Assembly (NCBI GenBank): GCA_015069195.1
Contig: SVJA01000001.1
Location: 14,148 to 78,147 of the forward strand
Direction: 5' to 3'
Length of the DNA: 64,000 nt
Source of the DNA: Oscillospiraceae bacterium
Lineage (GTDB): Bacteria > Bacillota > Clostridia > UBA1212
Positions 37,978-47,604 of this stretch are shown here, in pieces. Position numbers and translations under genes: made by a program. Every line of letters begins with the position of its first letter. The stretch's first letter is position 1. Below the pieces are notes generated by a model, which searched no databases, had not been told where the DNA came from, and saw only the letters and a list, made by a program, of their open reading frames with translations.

Positions 37978-38728
37978 GTTTGATTATAGAAGATTCCGTT
38001 CCGTCAAACAGTTCATCAACAAAGTTTTCCGCAAGAACGGTACAATCTTTTTTATACATATACTTTTCATTCAATCCTTTTCTGTCTTCAACGAAACGCT
38101 CTTCTCGCGCCGCATCAAAATTATGTGCGGCAAGATCGTAAAAATATATATCAGACTTTACCCTACGTACAGGATTTCCGGCATATACACAGTTTGATTT
38201 TACTTTCTTACCCGGAACCACGCTGCCTCCGCCTATAACACTTCCCGAACCTATATGACTGCCTTTAAGTATCAAAGAATTCTGCCCTATCCACACATGT
38301 TCTCCCACAACTATACTTTTAGCAGAATTTACACGCTTTCTGTTAAGATCATATATAAGATGAGGATCGGAAGTATATAAATACACATCGAAGGAAAAAA
38401 GACACTCATCACCGATAACTATATGTTTTCTTTCCGTTGCATAGAGAGTAAGCCTCTCTTTAGGATTCACATAGTTGTTTTTTCCGAAGTATATTACCGA
38501 ATCATATCCGGTTCGCGCATCTATCGAAATCGGACTATTATTTTCATCAAAATACATAACCGAATTATCGCCCGTAAATCTTATACGCGAATTCAAAAAA
38601 TGCACGCCTTCGCAAAACAAAACATTATCTTTCCCGCTGAATGTAACAGTCGTATTTTCGGAAACATACTTACCGATAACCGTATTATTATTTTCATCCT
38701 TATAAACGTTATAATTATCGTGCATCAA
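37916..38728 (-). CDS. Left-handed beta-helix (hexapeptide-repeat) acyl/acetyltransferase
   Basis: VGEHVWIGQNSLILKGSHIGSGSVIGGGSVV hexapeptide repeats. Confidence 0.75.
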   Translation of the reverse strand: MMHDNYNVYKDENNNTVIGKYVSENTTVTFSGKDNVLFCEGVHFLNSRIRFTGDNSVMYFDENNSPISIDARTGYDSVIYFGKNNYVNPKERLTLYATERKHIVIGDECLFSFDVYLYTSDPHLIYDLNRKRVNSAKSIVVGEHVWIGQNSLILKGSHIGSGSVIGGGSVVPGKKVKSNCVYAGNPVRRVKSDIYFYDLAAHNFDAAREERFVEDRKGLNEKYMYKKDCTVLAENFVDELFDGTESSIIKLEKIRKELSDNVARNRFYIE

Positions 38729-38738
38729 TTCTCCACCG

Positions 38739-39599
38739 TTACCTTTCAGAATTGTTCAAAGTTTTCTTGTTCGGTTTAAATCTGTATAATTCTCCGGCAA
38801 TTGCAGTAAATAACGCATTGAACGGATAACTCTTCACCATTGCTTTCAGATATATATATTTTATTTTTCCGTCAAAATATATCTGCCATGGTTTTATATG
38901 TCTTACGTAGTGTATAACCGCAACATTTTTCTTTATATCGCGGTATTTTTCCCAATCAATTTTTTGTTCTGACATAACAATATAATTGTATTTTCTGTCA
39001 TCAATTCTTTTTATCTTTCCTGCAAAAGCAATGTTCATAACATCCTGATCGGAAAACCAAATTTTATCTTCATTCTTTTCATAAGTATCGAAAAGAAAAT
39101 TTTTTTCAAAGTCATTACGTATTTTCTTAAGATTAAACAAAATCACACCGGCATTAAAATAACATCCGCCGGTATCAAGCCCGAGTCTCTCTAAATGTTT
39201 CTTCTCGTTATTGCCCGGACAAGCAATTACATAGTTATCAGCGAAATCCATCTCATAGAACGGTTTCAAAGAATCCATTACGACTGTATCTATATCCATC
39301 CATACAGCCCTATCCTCATCGGGAAATATGTCCAAAAACATAAATCTGTAATATGTTTCTTCTGTAATCTGATGAATAAGCTTATATCCCTTAAGTCTTG
39401 AATTATCCGCCTTTATGAATCTGCATTCAAAATTATTCTTTTTCGCAAACTGCTCATATTTTTTTATATTTTCGTCACTTAATGACGAGTAAAGAACAGT
39501 AATACTAAAGTCTCCCCGATTTTTTTTCAGCAAAGAATCGGTAAAAACCTTAAGTCGCGGATAATACTTGTCATTTGATGCCGTAAAAATGTTTATCAT
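38739..39599 (-). CDS. Glycosyltransferase family 8 protein
   Basis: WMDIDTVV (DxD) and YFNAGVILFNLKK, the same GT8 signatures as in 32634..33605. Confidence 0.7.
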   Translation of the reverse strand: MINIFTASNDKYYPRLKVFTDSLLKKNRGDFSITVLYSSLSDENIKKYEQFAKKNNFECRFIKADNSRLKGYKLIHQITEETYYRFMFLDIFPDEDRAVWMDIDTVVMDSLKPFYEMDFADNYVIACPGNNEKKHLERLGLDTGGCYFNAGVILFNLKKIRNDFEKNFLFDTYEKNEDKIWFSDQDVMNIAFAGKIKRIDDRKYNYIVMSEQKIDWEKYRDIKKNVAVIHYVRHIKPWQIYFDGKIKYIYLKAMVKSYPFNALFTAIAGELYRFKPNKKTLNNSER

Positions 39600-39632
39600 T
39601 AATTGCCACCATCCAGTGTAACCTAAATTTCC

Positions 39633-40136
39633 TTAGTCTATATAAACAAATGAGATATGTTCACCGTTTTCATCCACATAATTACCGTCTTGCAGGTAGA
39701 CCGGTTTGTTGGTTCGCCAATCCACCATACTTGTTTTAAACGGAGGATTCGGTATATATTCATGGTACGTGGTACCATCACTACTAGGTTTAGGCACATT
39801 TTTCAGACGTTCAGATTCCAACTCCATATATACATCAGCCCATCTGGACGGAAACTTATCAATAAAAACCGCTTCAACTTCTTCAAAAATATCCTGTATC
39901 TCCGGATACTGAAACTTACGATACACATTATGACATTTTCTGTATAACGCTTCAGTCTTCGATGGATAATATTTAAAATAATCCTCTCCGTGTAGTCGTA
40001 TCCATTCTGTTTCATCCTGGTCAATATAGTAATTATTTGCCCATATCAACTCATAAAACAGCGACACCACAGGAAAATATGTTTCGTCATTCTGATGTCG
40101 GTCTACAAAATTCTGCAACCATCCCAAGTCTATCAT
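39633..40136 (-). CDS. Hypothetical protein (167 aa), first gene of the glycan operon
   Basis: Clean ORF with no recognisable motif, Trp/Tyr-rich. Confidence 0.45.
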   Translation of the reverse strand: MIDLGWLQNFVDRHQNDETYFPVVSLFYELIWANNYYIDQDETEWIRLHGEDYFKYYPSKTEALYRKCHNVYRKFQYPEIQDIFEEVEAVFIDKFPSRWADVYMELESERLKNVPKPSSDGTTYHEYIPNPPFKTSMVDWRTNKPVYLQDGNYVDENGEHISFVYID

Positions 40137-40166
40137 GTTATGCCCTCTGCTATCCGTTTATCATTA

Positions 40167-40196
40167 AAAGAAAAACCACGTTTTCAGGCGTGGTTT
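40167..40196 (-). terminator. Intrinsic terminator after clpP
   Basis: aaaccacg-ttttcagg-cgtggttt stem with a plus-strand A-run (minus-strand T-run) 9 nt after the clpP stop. Confidence 0.6.
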
Positions 40197-40204
40197 CAGA
40201 ATCA

Positions 40205-40807
40205 TTATTTTCTATCATTAATAACATTATCAATGAGTCCGTACTCTTTCGCTTCTTCAGCAAACATCCAGTTATTTCTCTCTGTATCCTGGGTAACTGT
40301 CTCAACATCTTTACCTGTATTCTGTGCAAGAATAGTATTAAGACGATCTTTTATACGGAGCATATGACGAGCCTCAATCTCCATATCAGATGCCTGACCT
40401 TCTACACCGCCGAGAACCTGATGTATCATAATCTGGCTGTTCTCAAGTGCAGAGCGCTTACCCTTTGTACCTGCGGCAAGCAAAAATGCACCCATACTGG
40501 CTGCCATACCGACGCAGACTGTATTAACGTCACACTTAAGGTGCTTTATCGTGTCATAAATACCAAAACCTGCTGACACAGAACCGCCCGGAGAATTTAT
40601 ATAAATGGTAATATCCTTATCCGGATCAACGGCCTCCAAGTAAAGCAACTGTGAAATGACAGTACATGCAAGGTCATCATTTATCTCATTAAACAATAAT
40701 ATAATTCTGTCTTTTAACAATCTTGAGAAAAGATCGTAGCCTTTTTCGCCGTTTCCTTCTCTCTCGTAGAAACTCGGATTTATAATCATAGCGATAACTT
40801 CCTCCAA
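40205..40807 (-). CDS. clpP: ATP-dependent Clp protease proteolytic subunit
   Basis: Canonical ClpP: GMAASMGAF (Ser), IMIHQ (His), with a conserved Asp. clpX is not adjacent. Confidence 0.9.
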   Translation of the reverse strand: MEEVIAMIINPSFYEREGNGEKGYDLFSRLLKDRIILLFNEINDDLACTVISQLLYLEAVDPDKDITIYINSPGGSVSAGFGIYDTIKHLKCDVNTVCVGMAASMGAFLLAAGTKGKRSALENSQIMIHQVLGGVEGQASDMEIEARHMLRIKDRLNTILAQNTGKDVETVTQDTERNNWMFAEEAKEYGLIDNVINDRK

Positions 40808-40881
40808 TATTTTTATTTTTTAGAGTATACCGCAATCGCATTTAAAAATCAAACAATATTACCGATATTTCCCAAGAGTTT

Positions 40882-41973
40882 TCAATCGTTTTTGTACAGT
40901 TTTTCTATTAAAGATAGGTTTTCCTTCAACCTTATATCGCCTGGTTCTTTTTCATACGCCTTCCGGGCATTTTCAAGAGATTTTTCATAATTTTTTGTTT
41001 GATAGTAAGCTATCGCAAGCAAATCATATACCCTGCTTCCCCAAGCAAACGGTTCGCATATGTATGAAAGGTTCTTCTCTGTAACTTTTAACGCTTGTTC
41101 ACAGAAAAATATTACTCCGTACCAATTTTTTTGTTTGTACATTAAGTTTGCCGCCTCCATATAAGGTTCGCGCAAATGAGGCGCCTCTGCTATTGCTTTC
41201 AAAAGCCAATTAAAAGCTTCTTTTTCGTCACCCTTTGCCATCAACGCCCGGCTTATAAACCGCATCGAAGCACACCGTTCATCCTTCCACACGGCTCTCG
41301 GCATATTTAAATGTCGCTCCAATGTTTCAATGCATTTGTCCCACTGCCTGTAAAACATATATTCCCTTCCGAGGTAATGCATATTTCTGTCATCATCAGG
41401 AGCCTCTCTAACCGACATTTCAAGGAGCGGTAAATACTGACTTCTCGGTTTCGTTTCATCGGCATAATGATTAAGTTGCACACCGGGAACAACTCTTTTA
41501 ATCAAAGGTTCGCTACCGGTATAAGAAAGGACTTCATGAACCGGATGCGTCCAGCAAAACTCCCCGTAACTGTGAGCCTTCTCAGAGTAAAACACATGTC
41601 CTTCTGAGCCGTCAGGATTAAAATTCCAAGTGTAACGATAAGACGCCTGTTTTGTATTGTCCGTCCAATACATATCAAAAAGTTTGCGCCACCCGGGTTC
41701 AAAGAGTTCATCAAGATCAGTACATATACAAATACCGGTATCAGTAGGAATAAGTTTCATTGATTCATTCCGCGCGACATCAAATCTCCACGGTTTTATT
41801 ATTTTTTGCTTGGTTATTATCCCGGATTCTTTCAATCGTTCGTAAGTTCCGTCTGTAGAACCTGTATCAAGAACACAAATATAATCAGCCTCCGACATAG
41901 ATTCAATCCATCGGTCAACAAATTTAATTTCATCTTTACATATCGCATAAACGCATATTTTATATTTACCCAT
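40882..41973 (-). CDS. GT2-family glycosyltransferase with C-terminal TPR repeats
   Basis: N-terminal YAICKDE...VLDTGSTDGT...DLDE (GT-A fold, DxD). C-terminal TPR-like helices. Lies immediately downstream of the collagen-like gene. Confidence 0.75.
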   Translation of the reverse strand: MGKYKICVYAICKDEIKFVDRWIESMSEADYICVLDTGSTDGTYERLKESGIITKQKIIKPWRFDVARNESMKLIPTDTGICICTDLDELFEPGWRKLFDMYWTDNTKQASYRYTWNFNPDGSEGHVFYSEKAHSYGEFCWTHPVHEVLSYTGSEPLIKRVVPGVQLNHYADETKPRSQYLPLLEMSVREAPDDDRNMHYLGREYMFYRQWDKCIETLERHLNMPRAVWKDERCASMRFISRALMAKGDEKEAFNWLLKAIAEAPHLREPYMEAANLMYKQKNWYGVIFFCEQALKVTEKNLSYICEPFAWGSRVYDLLAIAYYQTKNYEKSLENARKAYEKEPGDIRLKENLSLIEKLYKND

Positions 41974-41985
41974 AACCCTCCTCCG

Positions 41986-42023
41986 AAAAAGCCGCCTTAA
42001 CGAATTGCTTCAACTAAGGCGGC
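41986..42023 (-). terminator. Intrinsic terminator after the collagen-like gene, immediately followed by the GT2-TPR RBS (probably partial)
   Basis: gccgcctta...taaggcggc: a 9-bp stem with a plus-strand A5 (minus-strand U-run), then GGAGGAGGG and the ATG of the GT2 gene. Confidence 0.55.
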
Positions 42024-42058
42024 AAAGTTTAAATATTTAATTTTTCAAATAAAACCGA

Positions 42059-43165
<1,107 letters not shown>

Positions 43166-43257
43166 TTATTATTTTTAACAAAAATTGTTTACAAAACATT
43201 TTAGTTGTGATATACTCCGCTTTGTTGTGATTTCCTAAAAGCACGACTTATGTAAAT

Positions 43258-43332
43258 CGGGGTGTAGCTCAGTTTGGCTAGAGTACTTGCTTGGGGTGCA
43301 AGGGGTCGTCGGTTCAAGTCCGGTCACTCCGA
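43258..43332 (+). tRNA. tRNA-Pro (anticodon GGG)
   Basis: Manual fold: acceptor CGGGGTG/CACTCCG; D-arm GCTC..GAGT; anticodon stem CTTGC/GCAAG with loop TTGGGGT (GGG at 43293-43295, G37); T-arm GTCGG-TTCAAGT-CCGGT; discriminator A; CCA not encoded. Confidence 0.85.
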
Positions 43333-43339
43333 TAAAAAA

Positions 43340-43377
43340 GAAACCGAAGAGTTTAAAGCTCTTCGGTTTCTTTTTTT
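43340..43377 (+). terminator. Intrinsic terminator after tRNA-Pro
   Basis: gaaaccgaagag-tttaaag-ctcttcggtttc followed by T7. Confidence 0.7.
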
Positions 43378-43471
43378 AATCAGATCAATTTAACTTACTA
43401 AAACTAAAGGCTGTGCCTTATTGAATTTCTTTTATCTAAATGTTAGATAAGTAGGAATTTGTCTCTCTGGA

Positions 43472-43927
43472 TTAGGCCTCCGTCATTATTCTCCAAAACA
43501 TCTTTTCAGCAATTACATAAGTACTGTATTTTCCGTTAGTTGAAATCGGTTTTTCTTCCGTATAATTTATGGGATTATACCCAGCCCAATCCGCCCATAC
43601 TATCAGCTTGTCATCACGAGTTTTACCAAGTAGGTTGCTATGAAAATTCAAATATGCACCAAAAATGTCGCAGAAATAATTATCCTCCCAGCCAACAATA
43701 TTACATTTTCTTACTCCTGTAAACCACAGTTCAATAGGTTTATTACACTGACTATGTAATATCATTTCAATACTATGCTCAAGCAATCCGCCATTTGCCA
43801 TTGCACCCTTATCATTAACAGATGCTCCGCTATGATAGTTTATTGATACTATACAGCTATCGTGAAAGTCGCTATATTCTTTCATCAAATTTTCGATATC
43901 ATTTTCATTTTTTATTTCATTCCACAT
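43472..43927 (-). CDS. Hypothetical protein (151 aa), orphan gene next to the tRNA
   Basis: AAGGAG RBS. No recognisable motif. Size and composition are compatible with immunity-protein-like orphan genes (speculative). Confidence 0.45.
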   Translation of the reverse strand: MWNEIKNENDIENLMKEYSDFHDSCIVSINYHSGASVNDKGAMANGGLLEHSIEMILHSQCNKPIELWFTGVRKCNIVGWEDNYFCDIFGAYLNFHSNLLGKTRDDKLIVWADWAGYNPINYTEEKPISTNGKYSTYVIAEKMFWRIMTEA

Positions 43928-43972
43928 ATAGTACCAAAACTCCTTCTGTTATTCTTACGATAGTTATCCGTC

Positions 43973-44092
43973 AAATTCCTTTTTAGCGTAGCTAAACCAG
44001 GATTTATCCTTTTATTACGTTTAACACTTCGCAACCTGAAAAAAGATAACTGTTAAAATCCTTTTCAGCGAAACGCTGAACCAGGATTTAAA
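43973..44092 (-). terminator. Two tandem, related terminator-like hairpins downstream of the FtsW/RodA-type gene
   Basis: Minus strand: aaatcc-tggtt-cagcg-ttt-cgctg-aaaa-ggattt then a U-run (44055-44090). A degenerate second copy aaatcctggtttagctacgctaaaaaggaattt lies at about 43975-44010. Confidence 0.45.
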
Positions 44093-44105
44093 CATTACTC
44101 TTTTT

Positions 44106-45257
44106 TCAGGTATCAAACAACCCACTCTCTCGTCGCATTGAAACACTCAGCACAAATCCGATCGCAACATAATTCGTCAACATCGCGGAACCGCCCTGAC
44201 TCACGAACGGAAGCGGAAGTCCCGTAATGGGCATTATTCCTATATTCATTCCTATGTTTTCAAAAATTGTAAATGCAAACATTGCAAGAATTCCGGCAAC
44301 GATGCAACGACCGAACAAATCTCTGGACTTTGAAGAAATTCGCACCATTCGCAAAAGCATAAATGCAAAAATAGCTATAACAAGTGCCGCACCGATAAAC
44401 CCGGCCTCTTCGCATATTACCGTAAATATCATATCAGTCAACTTCACGATAATTCTGTTTGACGTATTCATCTCGCCTTCTCCGACGCCTTGACCGAACA
44501 ATCCGCCTGAACTTATCGCATCAAGCGAACGACGGAGCTGAAGTGTATAATCAAAATACAATTCATTTTCAGGGTCTAAGAATCCCATAAATCTGTAACG
44601 GCGCACACCATTTAAATAAAATTTCCACACAAACGGAACGGCCAGCAATCCCATACATACAAATCCAAGAATATAACGGACTTTTATTTTCCCGACAAAA
44701 AGCATCGTCAAGAATATTACCACGTACACAAGTGCCATTCCGAGATCTTTTTGCATAAAAACTATACCGAGAGGAATAGCAAAACCACCAAGTATTATCA
44801 ATGAGTTTTTTAAAGTCATACCTTCATTGTTTGCCTTTTCGATATAGTAAGCAAGAAAAACTATCATCGCAAGTTTCATCAGCTCCGAAGGCTGGTATGT
44901 CGTAAAACCAAGATTCAGCCAACTTCGGCTGCCGCCCGACTCCGTACCTATGCCCGGCAGAAAAACAACCAGCATCAGTAACAAATTTACGGCATAAAAC
45001 GGAATGCAGATTTTCTTGAAACTGTCATAGTCAAAAAACGAAATTACAAGTGCTGAAATAATACCGAGCAAAAGTCCCACAACCTGTACAGTCATAGCCT
45101 TAGAACCGTGGTCGAGATATTTGTCGTACTGTGCACTGTTAAGAAATACAAGACCGATGGCAGAAATGGCAAGCACGGCTATCATAAGAACGTAATCAAA
45201 CTTTCTTATGTAGTCAAACCGTCTGCTCCTTTGTATTTCAACATGCTCAAATCTCAT
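44106..45257 (-). CDS. FtsW/RodA/SpoVE (SEDS) family peptidoglycan polymerase
   Basis: 10-TM SEDS topology. 383 aa. Confidence 0.85.
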   Translation of the reverse strand: MRFEHVEIQRSRRFDYIRKFDYVLMIAVLAISAIGLVFLNSAQYDKYLDHGSKAMTVQVVGLLLGIISALVISFFDYDSFKKICIPFYAVNLLLMLVVFLPGIGTESGGSRSWLNLGFTTYQPSELMKLAMIVFLAYYIEKANNEGMTLKNSLIILGGFAIPLGIVFMQKDLGMALVYVVIFLTMLFVGKIKVRYILGFVCMGLLAVPFVWKFYLNGVRRYRFMGFLDPENELYFDYTLQLRRSLDAISSGGLFGQGVGEGEMNTSNRIIVKLTDMIFTVICEEAGFIGAALVIAIFAFMLLRMVRISSKSRDLFGRCIVAGILAMFAFTIFENIGMNIGIMPITGLPLPFVSQGGSAMLTNYVAIGFVLSVSMRRESGLFDT

Positions 45258-45273
45258 TTAAGAATCCTCTGTA

Positions 45274-46305
45274 TTATTCTTTGACATTGTCTGCCGAATC
45301 ATTATTATCTTCAATATTTTCACACTCTTCGTCAGAAAACTCTGCACTCTCACATTCAGTATCAGTTTCGGACTCAGATTCACCATTTTCCTCTGCTCGT
45401 ATCTCATCTGCCAGATCGCTGAGATTTGTACGAACTTCATCGGGAGAAACATTTAAAACCGACTTTTTATTATATCTTTTTCTGCAATCAATAAAAAACG
45501 GAACACTTATTATAACCAAAGCAATCGACAAAAGTTGCGAAACCCTAATGCCGCCCAGATAGAGACTATCCGTACGCAACCCTTCCACAAACGCTCTTTC
45601 AATACCGTATATAAAGAAATACAGTGCGAGAACTTCGCCTTTTCCCTTACGGAATTTCATCATATATGTATACAAAACGGCAAAACCGATGAAACACCAC
45701 AGCGACTCATACAAAAAAGTAGGATGAACCGGCATACTTCCGATCTCACTGCCTGTCATTCCCCAAGGCAAATCGGTAGTCGAGCCAAATGCCTCCTGGT
45801 TTATAAAATTGCCCCATCTGCCTATCGCCTGTCCTAAAAATATATGCGGCATCGCAAAATCAAGCAAGTCCAGAACAGCATGTTTTCTTATCTTAGCCAT
45901 AATTATTATAGCTATTGCCGCGCCTATAATACCGCCGTATATGGCAAGGCCGCCGCTACGTATATCAAAAGCGCTTAAAAGGTTGTCCTTGTAATTTTTC
46001 CACTCGAAAATCACATAATAAAATCTTGCACCCACTATCGCTGACGGAATCGCCGCCAAAAGATAGTCAGTGAGATGGTCGCGTGAAAGATCAATGCACT
46101 TGCAATTAATCATACCGAGAATCATACATATCAGCATTCCGAAACAAATTATAATTCCGTACCAGGCAATATCAAACCCGCCTATACTGATCGATTCTTC
46201 CACACCTTCAAAAGTTATGCCTAACTTCGGGAAACTTATCCAAGGTTCCTTATAATTGTCCGCAGCACCCAACACAGAAAATGCCGCAGTATATAAATCT
46301 GTCAC
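45274..46305 (-). CDS. lgt: Prolipoprotein diacylglyceryl transferase with an acidic C-terminal tail
   Basis: Lgt signature region (GARFYYV...GQAIGRWGNFINQE). Extra C-terminal tail of about 60 aa rich in Glu/Asp/Ser. Confidence 0.85.
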   Translation of the reverse strand: MTDLYTAAFSVLGAADNYKEPWISFPKLGITFEGVEESISIGGFDIAWYGIIICFGMLICMILGMINCKCIDLSRDHLTDYLLAAIPSAIVGARFYYVIFEWKNYKDNLLSAFDIRSGGLAIYGGIIGAAIAIIIMAKIRKHAVLDLLDFAMPHIFLGQAIGRWGNFINQEAFGSTTDLPWGMTGSEIGSMPVHPTFLYESLWCFIGFAVLYTYMMKFRKGKGEVLALYFFIYGIERAFVEGLRTDSLYLGGIRVSQLLSIALVIISVPFFIDCRKRYNKKSVLNVSPDEVRTNLSDLADEIRAEENGESESETDTECESAEFSDEECENIEDNNDSADNVKE

Positions 46306-46320
46306 AAAAACACCTCTCTT

Positions 46321-47604
46321 TTACAAAGGTTTTACAACCGACATCGCCGGTTCTTTCATATAAACGTTCTTAAGAACATTGTAGATGTCACTTTCGGTTA
46401 TTTTACCATACACATTGAAATAGTCAAATCCGTGAACTCCCTGTAGATACATCGAAGAAAACAGTTTTCCGACGCTTTCGGGAAATGTCAACATTCTTAT
46501 ATCACTGCCGAGCAACGATCTTTTTATACGAGTAAACGAAACTTTATCAATTCCTTTTGAGGCAGTTTCCGAAATATATTCGTTCACATATTTTAAAAGT
46601 TCCTCGGGATCGTCAGATTCGCCGCTCAAGGAAGCGCAGGCATAATTTCTGTCAAGTTCAAAATCACTTGCAAAACTGTAATCTATAAGACCTTTTTCGT
46701 ACATTTTTTCAAAGAAATCAGAACTTTTGTCAAAAAGCATATTGCACAATATATTGCCGGCAAGTCCGTGAATGAGATATTCGTCACCCTTTAAAACAGA
46801 CGGATCATTTTTATAACCGATAGCAAACATGGGCCTTGATACATCCATTTTCTGCTCCGATCGATATCCGACAACCGAATCAGGTTCGCATTCAAAATAT
46901 TTCTGCGGAATTTCTTTCAACGGAATACTGTCAAAGTTTTTACACACTGCATCATATATACGGTTAACATCGAGGTCGCCGACTACCGTGAGAACCATAT
47001 TTGACGGAACATAAAAATTCTCGTAGCAAAGCATAAGATCTGACGGTGTCGTATCCGTAACGCTCTTTACCGAACCTGCTATTTCTTTTTTCACGGGGTT
47101 ATTGTGATAGATAAGTTTAAAGAGGTTCATCGAAGAAACATATTCCGGATTGTCCTCATACATTTTTATTTCACGGCAGATGATGCCTTTTTCTTTTTCG
47201 ACATTCTCCGGTGTGATATACGGATGTGTCACGAAATGAAGAAGCATATCAAAACTTTTATCAAAATTATCCGTACAATTTATATAATAATATGTCTTTG
47301 AAAATCCCGTAGCAGCATTCGTCCTTGCACCTGCAGCATTGAATTTTTCAAGCATGTTTCCTTCAGGCTGTTCAAAAAGTTTATGTTCCAGAAAGTGCGC
47401 TACGCCATCGGGAACAGTCGTAATCTGCAATTTCCCGGGCAAAATGAACTTCGTATTTACCGATCCGAAACCGACCGACAATATGGCAAATTTTTTGTAT
47501 GTGCCCGCTTTAGGAATAAATTGAACTTTGAGCCCCGAAGAATGTGTGAACTCGTAAAGTTTTTCTCCGAGCTTTAAATTTTCCGTAAGTTTAATATTAC
47601 TCAT
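46321..47604 (-). CDS. M16 family zinc peptidase (active, HxxEH)
   Basis: GVAHFLEHKLFE inverted zinc-binding motif. Confidence 0.8.
   Translation of the reverse strand: MSNIKLTENLKLGEKLYEFTHSSGLKVQFIPKAGTYKKFAILSVGFGSVNTKFILPGKLQITTVPDGVAHFLEHKLFEQPEGNMLEKFNAAGARTNAATGFSKTYYYINCTDNFDKSFDMLLHFVTHPYITPENVEKEKGIICREIKMYEDNPEYVSSMNLFKLIYHNNPVKKEIAGSVKSVTDTTPSDLMLCYENFYVPSNMVLTVVGDLDVNRIYDAVCKNFDSIPLKEIPQKYFECEPDSVVGYRSEQKMDVSRPMFAIGYKNDPSVLKGDEYLIHGLAGNILCNMLFDKSSDFFEKMYEKGLIDYSFASDFELDRNYACASLSGESDDPEELLKYVNEYISETASKGIDKVSFTRIKRSLLGSDIRMLTFPESVGKLFSSMYLQGVHGFDYFNVYGKITESDIYNVLKNVYMKEPAMSVVKPL

Noticed and set aside
40037-40576. 179-aa plus-strand ORF
   Set aside because: Antisense to the canonical clpP gene and the upstream hypothetical; no RBS.
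43928-44105. Direct repeats tcctttt.agcg...aaccaggattta (2 copies), considered as att sites of an integrated element
   Set aside because: On the minus strand each copy folds as an extended hairpin followed by a U-run, consistent with duplicated intrinsic terminators of the SEDS gene rather than recombination sites. It is kept only as a low-interest note.
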